64,000 nt of DNA from Candidatus Latescibacterota bacterium (lineage in GTDB: Bacteria > Latescibacterota > UBA2968 > UBA8231), in assembly GCA_965221775.1 (NCBI GenBank), contig CBDCSU010000004.1, positions 480,001 through 544,000 of the forward strand, given 5' to 3'. Positions 44,669 to 57,097 of the stretch are shown one piece after another (the stretch's first letter is position 1; every line of letters starts with the position of its first letter). The notes under the pieces were generated by a model, which did not search any database, had not been told where the DNA came from, and worked only from the letters and a program-made list of their open reading frames with translations. The translations under genes and the position numbers were made by a program.

Positions 44669-45693
44669 GCGAACCTCCCCCGCCACTCCCGTCGGCCCCG
44701 TCCGCGCTCGGAGAGAAGGCCTTCGGCCAGGAAGCAGGCCAGGGCCAGGGCCAGGGGGATCTGGAAGCGCTCCTCGTAACGGGTGAAGCGCTCGGACCCG
44801 AGCTCCTTCCGCTGCACCTCGGAGATGCGGTCGACGACGGCCTCCAGCTCCCGGCCGGTGAGGCTGCTGCGCCAGTAGGCGCCCTCCCCCGCCGCCGCCA
44901 CCTCGCGCAGCGCCGCCTCGTCGAGGCGGGACTTCACGTAGTGGCCGTCGCGGTCCTTGTGGTAGTCCAGGCGGCTCCCGTCCTCCGCGCGCAGAGGGAT
45001 GAGCCCCCCCTCCGGGGAGCCGACGCCGATGCAGAACAGTCGCGCCCCCTGGTCCGCCAGCCGCGCGGCGGCGTCGGCCGCCGAACCGGAATGGGCCTCG
45101 CCGTCGCTGAAGAGGACGGCCACCTTGTGCTGCCGGTCCTCGGGGTCGAAGACCTCTTCCGCCCGCTCCAGGGCGCGGGCCAGGGAGGTCCCCTGGGAGG
45201 GAATGGCGTTCACGTCCACCGCGCCGAGGAGCATGCGCAGGGCCGCGGTGTCGAGGGTCAGGGGACACTGGACGTAGGCGGTGGAGGCGAAGACGACGAG
45301 AGCGACGCGGTGGCCCTGAAGGCCGTCCAGCAGCTTGCCGATGGCCTGCCGCGAGCGCTCGAGCCGGTTGGGGCGCACATCCTCGGCGAGCATGCTGCGC
45401 GACAGGTCGAGGAGGAGGACCACGTCGACACCGCGGCGCTCGGCCATCTCCAGGCGGACCCCGAACCGGGGCCCCGTGAGGGCCAGCGCCAGCAGGCCGA
45501 TCCCGGCCACGAGAAGGGCGGACTTCAGGTGCTGCCGCGTGCGGCTCACGCTGCGGATCAGGCGGGGCGCCACGGCGGCATGGGCGAGGCGCTCCAGGTC
45601 GCGGCGGCGGCGGACGTGGGCCCAGGCGGCGAACCAGGCCGCCAGCGGCACCAGCAGCAGCAGCCATTGGTTGTGCTCGGCGGCGAAGCGCAT
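44665..45693 (-). CDS. batB: BatB-like VWA domain protein
   Basis: DLSRSM MIDAS, PNRLER, PLTLD, SDGE, SRLDE. Confidence 0.88.
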   Translation of the reverse strand: MRFAAEHNQWLLLLVPLAAWFAAWAHVRRRRDLERLAHAAVAPRLIRSVSRTRQHLKSALLVAGIGLLALALTGPRFGVRLEMAERRGVDVVLLLDLSRSMLAEDVRPNRLERSRQAIGKLLDGLQGHRVALVVFASTAYVQCPLTLDTAALRMLLGAVDVNAIPSQGTSLARALERAEEVFDPEDRQHKVAVLFSDGEAHSGSAADAAARLADQGARLFCIGVGSPEGGLIPLRAEDGSRLDYHKDRDGHYVKSRLDEAALREVAAAGEGAYWRSSLTGRELEAVVDRISEVQRKELGSERFTRYEERFQIPLALALACFLAEGLLSERGRGRREWRGRFA

Positions 45694-45697
45694 CGGA

Positions 45698-46677
<980 letters not shown>

Positions 46678-46678
<1 letters not shown>

Positions 46679-47640
46679 CAGGAACCTGCTTGCGCCGGCA
46701 CCGCCGCGGGGGTCTCCTCCCGGGCCCGCAGTTGCTGCCCGGCGCCGGCCACCAGCCGCCGGCCCTCCTCCGGCGCCGCCGACGCCTCCGGGAGCGGCGG
46801 CTCGGCCCTGGCGAACTTGACCAGGTCCGCCGCCTCCAGGAAGCCGATGATCCCCTCCCGGGTCCCGGTGTCGGGCGGCGCCGGCGCCCGGCGCAGGTCG
46901 GCGGCGATCTCCGAGGTCGTGCGGTCGAGACTGTCCACGGAGAGACGGTCCTCGAGGAAGCGGCGCATCACCTCGGAGAGCCGCGTGTAGTAGAGCTTCA
47001 CGGCGCCGCGCTGCAGCAGCCCCGACTCGGCGATGAGGGTGAACTCGCGCTCGTAGTCCACCGGAGGCGGGGGCGCCGGCGCCGGCGACTCCGTGCCGGG
47101 CCGCAGCAGGAAGCGGCTCACGAGCCAGGCCACGACCACCGCCAGGACCGCCGCCAGGGTGGCGGCGAGCCACAGGGGAATGCCGCCGAGGATCGTCATG
47201 GGCGGCTTGATCGCCCGCAGCGCGTCCCCCTCCTCCGGGTCGCGGGCGGACACGATCTGGATGGGGATCGGCGCCGAAGCGAGCCTCGCCGTGTCCGAGG
47301 CCGCCGAGACGACCAGGACCTCCACGGGCGGAATCTCTCCTGCGTCGAGCTTGTAAGCGGCCAGCCCGTAACGGCGCTCGTCCACCTGGAGGCCTCCGGC
47401 GGCGGGGCCGGCGGCCGGCTCCGACCGCGAGCGGACCTGCCAGGAACCCAGCCCTTGCGGCAGCTCCGGGAAGACGGAGCGGCTCGAGGCCGGACGCTCG
47501 ACCCGGAGGCGCAGGGTCACGGGATCCCCGAGGCGGGCCTTCGCCGTGTCGACCTCCGCCGTCAGGAGGGGCGCGTCGGCGTGGACGGTGGAGCCGACGG
47601 CGGCTGCGATCAGGGGTGCCAGGACAAGGAACGCTGCCAT
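46678..47640 (-). CDS. Bat-operon-associated membrane protein (BatD-like N-terminus)
   Basis: AEVDTAKARLGDPV, IKPP + TM, YYTRLSEVMRRFLE, ADLVKFA. Confidence 0.75.
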
Positions 47641-47653
47641 CCGGCGGGACCGC

Positions 47654-49093
47654 CTACCCGTCGGCCGGCTCCACGGCTTCCGAGGCCTCCTCCACGGGCC
47701 TGGAGACGTCGTCCAGGCTCAGGTCGAGGTTCACCACGGCCTCCCCGTCGATGGTGACCACGGTGGCCACATCGGAGCGCATGGCGTAGGCGCCGCCGTC
47801 CTCCGTCGTCGCGCCCACCAGGAACTCGAGGTTTCGGTCTCCGGTGAGACTCAGGCGGACGGACAGCTGCGGCGAGTCGAGGCCGAAGGCTTCGAGGACG
47901 AGGCTGCCGCCGGGGCCGTCGTCCTGGACGAAGTCCTCCGCCTCCAGCTCCATGACGTCGTTCACCAAGCTGGTGAAGCGCCAAGCCTTGGGCTCGCGGC
48001 CGGCGGCGTCGACCAGGTCCCAGGTGCCGGCGCTGTCCCGGGTGGCGGCGAAGACCCTCTCTCCCCGGCGGCGCAGCTCGATCCGGGAGACCTCCTCCTC
48101 CGAGAAGGCCAGGAGCTTCTTCTCCCGGAGCTCGGCCAGGGGCGTGAGCAGCTTGTTGACCACGGTGGAGTCGACGGCGAAGACCTGGGGCCGGCTGGAG
48201 TCGCGGGCGAAACGGTCCCCTCCTCCGGCCTCGGACCCGATCCGGAGACGCTTCTCCGCCCGGTCCTCCCCGATCCACAGGGTGACCTCCGCCAGGGCCG
48301 AGCCCTCCTGCAGGCCGGCCGCCGCCAGCTCTTCGGCGGTGGGCTGCTCGAAGGCGATGCGCGTGGCCTCGGAGTTCTGCAGGCGCGACAGGATGCCCTC
48401 CACCCCCTCGGCGTCGGCTTCCCTGGCCACCGGCAGGTCGAGACGCCAGCCGCCGCCCTGCCGCGAGACCTCCACCCGTCCGCCGGCCCGGTCGAGCCGC
48501 AGGCTCCCGACCTCCTCCTCCTCGAAGGCCAGCAGGCGCCGGTCGCGCAGATCGAAGAGGCCCTTGTCGAGGTTGTCGAAGCGCCAGGCGCGCACCCTCA
48601 GGACCTCCGGGTTGTCCCCCGAGCGCTGCAGGTAGGTGAAGCGCTCGGTGGGGGTGTCGTCGCCGAAGCGCAGGGTGTCGAGGGGCGCCGGCTCCCCGGC
48701 CAGGTCGAGGTGCACCTTCAGGCGCGGCCGCTCGAGGCCGTAGGCGGCCAGGCGGCCGGCGTCACCGGTCACGGAGGCGCTGTCCTGCAGGGGCTCGCCC
48801 TCGGTCTCGGTCTCGCGCAGGTTCCTCAGGTAGCGCTCCACCGCCTGCTGGTCGGCGCCGGTGGAGACGGGGCGGGTGAGGCGCCAGGACTCCTCCGCCT
48901 TCTCCAGGACGGCTACGGTGTCGCCCCGGTCGATGGTGAGGCGCCGGGCCTCGTGGTCGCTGAAGTCGAGGAGCTGGCGGGAGCGCTCGGCCTCGACCTG
49001 GCGCCGCTCGCCTCCCTTGATCTCGTAGAAGTAGACGAAGCCCAGGAGGGCGACGAAGATCCCACTGATGACGAGGTTGGTCTTCAGACCCAT
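47654..49093 (-). CDS. DUF4340 domain protein (three repeats)
   Basis: N-terminal TM; three LL.F....V/A..L.I/L.R repeats, each followed by W.L and (Y/F/A)GL. Confidence 0.8.
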   Translation of the reverse strand: MGLKTNLVISGIFVALLGFVYFYEIKGGERRQVEAERSRQLLDFSDHEARRLTIDRGDTVAVLEKAEESWRLTRPVSTGADQQAVERYLRNLRETETEGEPLQDSASVTGDAGRLAAYGLERPRLKVHLDLAGEPAPLDTLRFGDDTPTERFTYLQRSGDNPEVLRVRAWRFDNLDKGLFDLRDRRLLAFEEEEVGSLRLDRAGGRVEVSRQGGGWRLDLPVAREADAEGVEGILSRLQNSEATRIAFEQPTAEELAAAGLQEGSALAEVTLWIGEDRAEKRLRIGSEAGGGDRFARDSSRPQVFAVDSTVVNKLLTPLAELREKKLLAFSEEEVSRIELRRRGERVFAATRDSAGTWDLVDAAGREPKAWRFTSLVNDVMELEAEDFVQDDGPGGSLVLEAFGLDSPQLSVRLSLTGDRNLEFLVGATTEDGGAYAMRSDVATVVTIDGEAVVNLDLSLDDVSRPVEEASEAVEPADG

Positions 49094-49118
49094 GTGCGGT
49101 GCCTCTCGTGCAAGTGGC

Positions 49119-52100
49119 TCAGGCCGCGGCGGCGGCCGGCTGGAAGTCGCGGCGAATCCAAACGAGGATGCAGGCGTTGGCGATGCTCAGCCCCGCCAGC
49201 ACCAGTTGCAGCGTCGGCTCGGGGACGGCCACGAAGGCCAGACCCGCGTTGGCCGCCAGCGTCGCCAGGGCCAGCGGCCAGGCCGGGGGCTGGCGCTTGT
49301 AGAGGCCGTAGCCCAGGCCCCAGCAGATCAGACCCAGGACGAGGTAACCCTCCCCCCGCCAGAGGCTGGCCTCGCCGAGGCCGATGACGCCGATGATGTA
49401 GTACCAGGTGCCGAGGGCCAGGAAGTTGTAGACCAGCCAGGTCACGAAGCCGCTGACATAGGTCCCGTACCCCCGGCGCAGCATGATGACGAAGCCGGAG
49501 AGAGCCACCGCGAAGGGCAGGACGAAGACGGAGACCCAGAGGACGACGCTGCCCGCCGTGCCGACCAGGTTGATCGGGTTGAACCTCGGTTGCTTCGGCG
49601 GGATCGTCAGGCTCTCCTCGCCCTCGGTGAGCCAGCGGACGGCGGCGGCCAGCAACTCGCCGTTGGCCTGCTGGCCGATGTGCTGGTTGCGGGCGAAGTC
49701 GGCATCTCCGAAAACCACGATCCGGGTGCCGTCGCCCTCCGCCGCCGAGTCGGCCTCGGCCGTGGCCGCCACCGCCAGGGACAGGGGGCCTGGGCGGTCG
49801 CTCTCCGGATCGAAGTCGATGGCGCCCCCTTCGTCGCCCGTGAGCACGCTCAGGTCGGACTCGCCCCAGGCGTTGCGGTCGGTGAAGACGAGGGCCTCCA
49901 CCTCGAAGCCGCCCGCGGCGGGGCTCACCGACCGCGCCATGGGGAAGAAGCTCATCTGGCCGCCGACGGCGCCCTCCGTGATCGGGTGATCGCCGTAGCG
50001 CAGGACCACCGGCACCGAGACGTCGGTGCCGAGGAGCTGTCCGAGACCGCTCAGGTCGACGACGAAGTCGTCCCCGATATCGATGTCGTAGTCGTCGCGC
50101 AGGAGGGTCTCCAGGCCGCTGTCCCGGCCGGGATCGACCAGGAGCAGCAGGTCGCCTCCCCGCTCCATGAACCGGCGCACGTCTTCGACCTCGGCGGCGC
50201 TCAACGGACTCCGCGGCCCCAGGACGGCCAGGGCCTGCACCTGCGAGAGGTCGTCGGCGCCGGGCTGGAGGGGGTCGAGGATCTGCAGGTTCATCTCCTT
50301 GAGCCGCCCGTTGAGGATGCTGTAGCCCTCCCCGTCGACGTCGGTGAGGCGGCCCTCTCCGTGGCCTCCGACGAAGCCGATGGCGCGCTCGTCGGCGGCC
50401 AGGGCCCGGCGGAGGGCGTTGCTCAGGGCCTCCTCGCTCTGCTCTGCGAAGCGCTCGGTCACCACCTGGCCGCCGCCCGTGACCTCGACGATGGAGGTGC
50501 CCCGCTCGCGGATGCCGTAGCGGCGCACCAGGAGGGCGTCCTTCTGGGGATCGACGGTCTCGAAGTCGAAGCGGCGGGAGCGGTATCCGTACTCCTTGGC
50601 GATCTCCTGGAAGCGGCCGCCTTCCATGTCGGACATGAAGGTGCGGACCTGGATGTACTTGCCCGCGTCGTCGGCCTCGCGCAGCAGCTCCAGGCTCTCG
50701 GGGGCCAGGGTGAACAGGGCGTCCTCGGTCAGGTCGAGGCGCCAGTGATAGCGGTCGCCGAGGTAGTTCAGCAGGCCGAGAACACCGAGGGACAGGGCCA
50801 CGCCGAGACCGGCGGCGGCCAGGTCGCGCAGGCTCCAGCGGCCGGACCGCGAGACGACGACGAAGCCGGCGGCGGCGATGGCCGCCGGGTAGATGATCAG
50901 CGTGATCCAGAAGATCCAGTCCGACTGCGCCTCGGTGAGAGCGATGGGGTTGAAACCCGGGTCTCGCGGCCGGATCGAGATCAGGGCCTCGTCCTCGGCG
51001 AGCCAGCTGACCGCGTTCAGGGCCAGGTCGCCGTTGCCCTGGGCGTCGAAGTAGCGGTTGCTGGCGAAGTCGGCGTCGCCGAAGACCACGAGCCGGCCCC
51101 CGGCGGCGGTGTCGGCCACCGCCACCCCGAGGCCGACGGGTCCGCGCCGGTCGGAGCCGTCGAGGCGGACGGTGCGGTCCCCCCCCGACCCCTCGTCCAG
51201 GACCTCGAGGTCCGTCTCCGCCCAGCTCGCCGAGCTGGTCCGGGCCAGGACGGCGGCGCTCGCGCGGTTGGCGGCCACGGCGGCGGAGTCGAGCTCGACG
51301 GAGCGGGCCAGCTCGTAGAAGGTCATGACCTCGCCCCGGTGCCGCACCCCGCCCCGGTGCCGCCGGACGATGGGGTGCCGGTCGTCGTAGGTGGTGACCA
51401 CGGGAATGGTGAAATCGAGTCCGAAGATCGACCCGATGCCGCTGGTATCGATGACGAAGTCGTCACCCGTCACCACCCCCCACTGCCCCATGAGCTCGTC
51501 GAGGCCGCTCTCCTCCAGCGCCTCGGCCAGCACCAGGAGGGAGCCGCCGCGCTGCAGGTAGCTGCGCACGGCTTCGACCTCGTGGCCGAGGAAGGGAGAC
51601 CGCGGGCCGGCGACGATGAGCACGCGGCAGTCCTCGGGCACGCGGGCCTCGCGCGCCAGGAACAGGGAGTCGCGCACCACGTAGTCGATCTCCCGGAGGC
51701 GCTCGGCCAGCCGTCCCAGGTCAGACTCGAGGTTGCCGACGCCCCGCTCGCCGTGGCCCACGGTGAAGCAGACCCGCTCCCGCCGGTCCCGGAGGACCTT
51801 GAGCATGGCGTTGGTGATCTCCTTTTCCGTCAGCTCCGTGAGGCTCTGGCGCTCGGCGCCGGCGGCCAGGACCAGCGTGTTGTAGGCGCGCACCCCGTAC
51901 TCCTGGGTCCTGGCGGGATCGCGGTCGGGATCGACGAACTCGAAGTCGAAGCGGCCGCCGCCGTGCACGGCATACTGCTCCAGCAGGCCGCGCAGCTCCT
52001 CGTCCTCCCCCTCCTCCATGAAGGCGAGGGCCTCCACCTCCTTGTCCAGGGCCTCCAGGGTCTCGATGGTCAGCGGCGCCAGGCTGTGCAACCGGCCCTC

Positions 52101-52376
52101 GGTCAGGTCGAGACGCTGGGGATAGCGGTCGGCGAGAAAGTTCACCATGCCGAGGATGGCCAGTACCAGGAGGCCTCCCCAGAAGGCGTTGAGCCAGCGC
52201 CCGTACTGGCGGAAGAGATCGGGGTTGAGCACTGCCGACACGGCGACCAGCAGCGCCCCGACGCCGGCGTTGGCCGCCGGCAGCCAGACCGCCTCGGGCT
52301 CGAGGAGCATGGCCAGGCCGGCGGCGGCGAGCAGGGCCGCGCCGGCGAGGCTGGCGAAGGTCGAGTAGGGCTTCAT
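49119..52376 (-). CDS. GldG-like ABC auxiliary protein with two tandem GldG modules
   Basis: two copies of N.L.DRY..RLDLT, GHGE, VVFGDADFA.N, P.FNPI.L. Confidence 0.85.
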   Translation of the reverse strand: MKPYSTFASLAGAALLAAAGLAMLLEPEAVWLPAANAGVGALLVAVSAVLNPDLFRQYGRWLNAFWGGLLVLAILGMVNFLADRYPQRLDLTEGRLHSLAPLTIETLEALDKEVEALAFMEEGEDEELRGLLEQYAVHGGGRFDFEFVDPDRDPARTQEYGVRAYNTLVLAAGAERQSLTELTEKEITNAMLKVLRDRRERVCFTVGHGERGVGNLESDLGRLAERLREIDYVVRDSLFLAREARVPEDCRVLIVAGPRSPFLGHEVEAVRSYLQRGGSLLVLAEALEESGLDELMGQWGVVTGDDFVIDTSGIGSIFGLDFTIPVVTTYDDRHPIVRRHRGGVRHRGEVMTFYELARSVELDSAAVAANRASAAVLARTSSASWAETDLEVLDEGSGGDRTVRLDGSDRRGPVGLGVAVADTAAGGRLVVFGDADFASNRYFDAQGNGDLALNAVSWLAEDEALISIRPRDPGFNPIALTEAQSDWIFWITLIIYPAAIAAAGFVVVSRSGRWSLRDLAAAGLGVALSLGVLGLLNYLGDRYHWRLDLTEDALFTLAPESLELLREADDAGKYIQVRTFMSDMEGGRFQEIAKEYGYRSRRFDFETVDPQKDALLVRRYGIRERGTSIVEVTGGGQVVTERFAEQSEEALSNALRRALAADERAIGFVGGHGEGRLTDVDGEGYSILNGRLKEMNLQILDPLQPGADDLSQVQALAVLGPRSPLSAAEVEDVRRFMERGGDLLLLVDPGRDSGLETLLRDDYDIDIGDDFVVDLSGLGQLLGTDVSVPVVLRYGDHPITEGAVGGQMSFFPMARSVSPAAGGFEVEALVFTDRNAWGESDLSVLTGDEGGAIDFDPESDRPGPLSLAVAATAEADSAAEGDGTRIVVFGDADFARNQHIGQQANGELLAAAVRWLTEGEESLTIPPKQPRFNPINLVGTAGSVVLWVSVFVLPFAVALSGFVIMLRRGYGTYVSGFVTWLVYNFLALGTWYYIIGVIGLGEASLWRGEGYLVLGLICWGLGYGLYKRQPPAWPLALATLAANAGLAFVAVPEPTLQLVLAGLSIANACILVWIRRDFQPAAAAA

Positions 52377-53158
52377 CGGCGCCAGCGCCTCGACTCGAGG
52401 ACGCGGGTGGTGAGGAACAGGCAGAAGAAGATGAAGCTCAGGTAGAACAGGACGTCCGCGGTGTCGATGACACCGCGCTGGAAATCCTGCAGGTGCTGGA
52501 TAATCGACAGGTAGGAGAGCAGCTTGGCCGCCGTGGGACCGGCGAAGCTCGCCGACCAGTCGATCAGCCACAGGAGCAGCAGGGCGCCGAAGGAGAGCAG
52601 CACGGCGACGATCTGGTTCTCCGTGAGGGACGAGGCCAGGACCCCGACGCCGACGAAGGTGCCCCCGAGGAGCAGGTAGCCGAGGTAGGCCGACCAGATC
52701 GGCCCCCAGTCCGGATCGCCGTAGACCTCGAGGATGAGGCAGAAGACGAGGGTCAGGGCGACGATGATCGAGTAGAGGGTCAGAGCGGCGAAGAACTTGC
52801 CGAGGAGGACCTGCACCGTGGAGACGGGCGAGGTCATGAGGAGCTCGATGGTGCCGCTCTTCTTCTCCTCCGCGAAGAGCCGCATGGTCAGCATGGGCAC
52901 CACGAGGAGCCAGATGAAGTCCATGACCGCGAAGAACTGGGTGACCACCATCTCGTTGAGGTTCAGGCTCGGCATGGCCCCCTGCATGAACTGCTGGCGC
53001 TGGCTGAACTGGAGGCACCAGAAGTTGAACTGCATGAGGATGTTGCGGAACAGGTACCCCGACAGGAAGAGGAAGACGCCGGCGATCACGTAGGCCACGG
53101 GCGAGACGAAGTAGGAGCGCAGCTCCTTGGTGTAGATGGCGAGGAAGTTGCGCATCAC
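52373..53158 (-). CDS. ABC-2 type permease (GldF-like)
   Basis: KELRSYFVSPVAY, TMRLFAEEKKSGTIELL, LGKF, SSLTENQI. Confidence 0.92.
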   Translation of the reverse strand: MMRNFLAIYTKELRSYFVSPVAYVIAGVFLFLSGYLFRNILMQFNFWCLQFSQRQQFMQGAMPSLNLNEMVVTQFFAVMDFIWLLVVPMLTMRLFAEEKKSGTIELLMTSPVSTVQVLLGKFFAALTLYSIIVALTLVFCLILEVYGDPDWGPIWSAYLGYLLLGGTFVGVGVLASSLTENQIVAVLLSFGALLLLWLIDWSASFAGPTAAKLLSYLSIIQHLQDFQRGVIDTADVLFYLSFIFFCLFLTTRVLESRRWRR

Positions 53159-54108
53159 TGGACTCCTTCGGCTTCGGAGGTGAGACGCAGGAAGATGTCT
53201 TCCAGGGTCATTTCGAGGCTGCGCAGCTCGCGCAGGCCGTAGCCGCCGTCGACGACCGCCTTGGCCAGGGGATCGCGGAGGTCCTGGCCGGGGGCGGCGG
53301 TCACCACGTAGACGCCCTCGCCGGCGGCGGACTCGTCGCCGCGCTCCTCCTTGACCTCCAGCACCCCCGGAATCCCCCGCACCAGGCCGAGGACGTCCTC
53401 CCGGGGCCCGGCGACGCGGGCGCGCAGCAACTCGCCCTCCTTCAACTGCTCCGTCAGGCTCTCCGGGGATCCCTCGCCGACGATGCGGCCCTTGTCGATG
53501 ATGACCACCTTGTCGCAGGTCATCGACACCTCCGGAAGGATGTGGGTGGAGAGGACGATGGTGTGCTCGCCCCGCAGGGACTTGATCATCTCGCGGATCT
53601 CGATGATCTGCTTGGGGTCGAGACCCACCGTGGGCTCGTCGAGGATGAGCACGCTGGGGTTGTGAACCAGGGCCTGCGCCAGGCCGACGCGCTGGCGGTA
53701 GCCCTTGGAGAGGTGGCCGATCAGGCTGCGCCGAACGTGGGCGACGCCGGTCTTCTCCATCGTCTCGTCGATGCGCGAGGAGAGCACCGCCGAGGGCACC
53801 CCCTTGATGCGGGCCACGAAGCCGAGGTAGGCATCGACGGTCATGTCGCTGTAGAGGGGCGGCAACTCGGGCAGGTAGCCGATCCGCCGCCGAACCTCCA
53901 TCGACTCCTCGAGGACGTCGAAGCCGTCGATGGCCGCTGTCCCGGAGGAGGGGGGCAGGTAGCAGGTGACGATGCGCATGGTCGTCGTCTTGCCCGCCCC
54001 GTTGGGGCCGAGAAACCCCAGGATCTGCCCGGTCTCGGCGCGGAAGGTGACGCCCTCGATGGCCGTCACCTCTCCGTAGTGTTTGGACAACTCGCGGACT
54101 TCGATCAC
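53155..54108 (-). CDS. ABC transporter ATP-binding protein (GldA-like)
   Basis: GPNGAGKTT, LSKGYRQR, ILDEPT, STHIL. Confidence 0.94.
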   Translation of the reverse strand: MIEVRELSKHYGEVTAIEGVTFRAETGQILGFLGPNGAGKTTTMRIVTCYLPPSSGTAAIDGFDVLEESMEVRRRIGYLPELPPLYSDMTVDAYLGFVARIKGVPSAVLSSRIDETMEKTGVAHVRRSLIGHLSKGYRQRVGLAQALVHNPSVLILDEPTVGLDPKQIIEIREMIKSLRGEHTIVLSTHILPEVSMTCDKVVIIDKGRIVGEGSPESLTEQLKEGELLRARVAGPREDVLGLVRGIPGVLEVKEERGDESAAGEGVYVVTAAPGQDLRDPLAKAVVDGGYGLRELRSLEMTLEDIFLRLTSEAEGVQ

Positions 54109-54124
54109 GGAAATGACTCTCCTG

Positions 54125-55003
<879 letters not shown>

Positions 55004-55007
55004 GGGC

Positions 55008-56003
<996 letters not shown>

Positions 56004-56035
56004 GAGGACGCCCCTATCCCGGTGCGATCCTGTTT

Positions 56036-56053
56036 GGGAGTGACGTCATTCCC
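56036..56053. promoter_or_regulatory. 18-bp near-perfect palindrome GGGAGTGACGTCATTCCC upstream of moxR
   Basis: one mismatched pair; 33-50 nt upstream of the moxR start. Confidence 0.4.
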
Positions 56054-56065
56054 CGTCGATGGAAC

Positions 56066-56590
56066 TCAAGGCGAGGAGGTGCTGTCCCCTTCCTGGAAGC
56101 TGACCCACTCTTCCGGAGGGCGTCCCACGTGGGGCAGCAGCTGGCGGGCGTTGGCGGCCAGCTCGGAACCCGGGTAGTTGTCTATGACGGCCTGGTAGGC
56201 GGCTTTGGCTGCATCGATGTCGCGGAAGTGCTCCTCGAGGATGAAGGCGACCATGAACTGCGACTCGTCGGCCTCGTCGCTCTGCGGATACTCCGCCAGG
56301 ATGCGCCGGTACCGGGCCACGGCGCCCGCCATGTCGCCGCCCTGCTGGCGCAGGATGGCCAGCTGCTTCAGCGCCCGGGGAACGCCTTCCTCGCCGGCGT
56401 GGGCCTGCAACCAGGCCTCGAGAAGCTCCACCGCCGAGGCTACCCGGGCCGAGTCCCGGGCCGCCGCCTGGGCCGCCTGCAGGGCCTCTTCGAGCTGTTG
56501 ATCGGGAGAAGGGCCGCTGCATCCGGCCCAGGCCCAAAGCATGGCCGCCCCGATCGTTCCGAGGCTTCTGACTCGCCATCGGCTGCTCAT
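56066..56590 (-). CDS. TPR lipoprotein (CpoB/YbgF- or BamD-like)
   Basis: lipobox WAGC; YRRILAEYPQS and YQAVIDNYPGS TPR motifs. Confidence 0.75.
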   Translation of the reverse strand: MSSRWRVRSLGTIGAAMLWAWAGCSGPSPDQQLEEALQAAQAAARDSARVASAVELLEAWLQAHAGEEGVPRALKQLAILRQQGGDMAGAVARYRRILAEYPQSDEADESQFMVAFILEEHFRDIDAAKAAYQAVIDNYPGSELAANARQLLPHVGRPPEEWVSFQEGDSTSSP

Positions 56591-56688
56591 CTCTCTGCCC
56601 ACACTGCTGTCTCTCTGGTCTTGCGGCCGGCGGCCGGTACTCGCATCGGGATAAAGACGCCCTGCCGCCGCCGCGGTTCCCTTCGCCT

Positions 56689-57009
56689 TCAGTCGCCGCC
56701 CGACTTGGGGGGGCTCTTCTTCGCCGAGTCGCCCTTGCCGCCTCCGTCGGACTTGGAGGACGACTTCGAGTCGGCCTTGTCGGCCTTGGCCGCCTTCTTG
56801 TAGCTGTCGCTCCGGTAATCGGTGATGTAGAAGCCGGACCCCTTGAAGAGCAGCCCCCCGCCGGTGCCGATCAGGCGGCGCACCCGGCCCTTCCCCGTGC
56901 CCTTGGGGCACTCCCTCCGGGGACACCTCTTCAGCGGTTCGGCGGTGATTCTCTGGAGCGCCTCGAACCGATGTCCGCATGTCCTGCACTCATAATCGTA
57001 CGTCGGCAT
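56689..57009 (-). CDS. FmdB family zinc-ribbon protein
   Basis: MPTYDYECRTCGH..CP..C, FKGSGFYITDY. Confidence 0.92.
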   Translation of the reverse strand: MPTYDYECRTCGHRFEALQRITAEPLKRCPRRECPKGTGKGRVRRLIGTGGGLLFKGSGFYITDYRSDSYKKAAKADKADSKSSSKSDGGGKGDSAKKSPPKSGGD

Positions 57010-57049
57010 GTGACATCTTTCCGATCCTGCGCGGGCCGAAGAATCTCGA

Positions 57050-57078
57050 AAAGTACGCAGATATGTTGGAACGGGCAA
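57050..57078 (-). promoter_or_regulatory. putative sigma70 promoter (TTGCCC-N17-TACTTT)
   Basis: AT-rich gap upstream of the FmdB gene. Confidence 0.45.
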
Positions 57079-57097
57079 CGCCGGACGGGCCCTGCCA

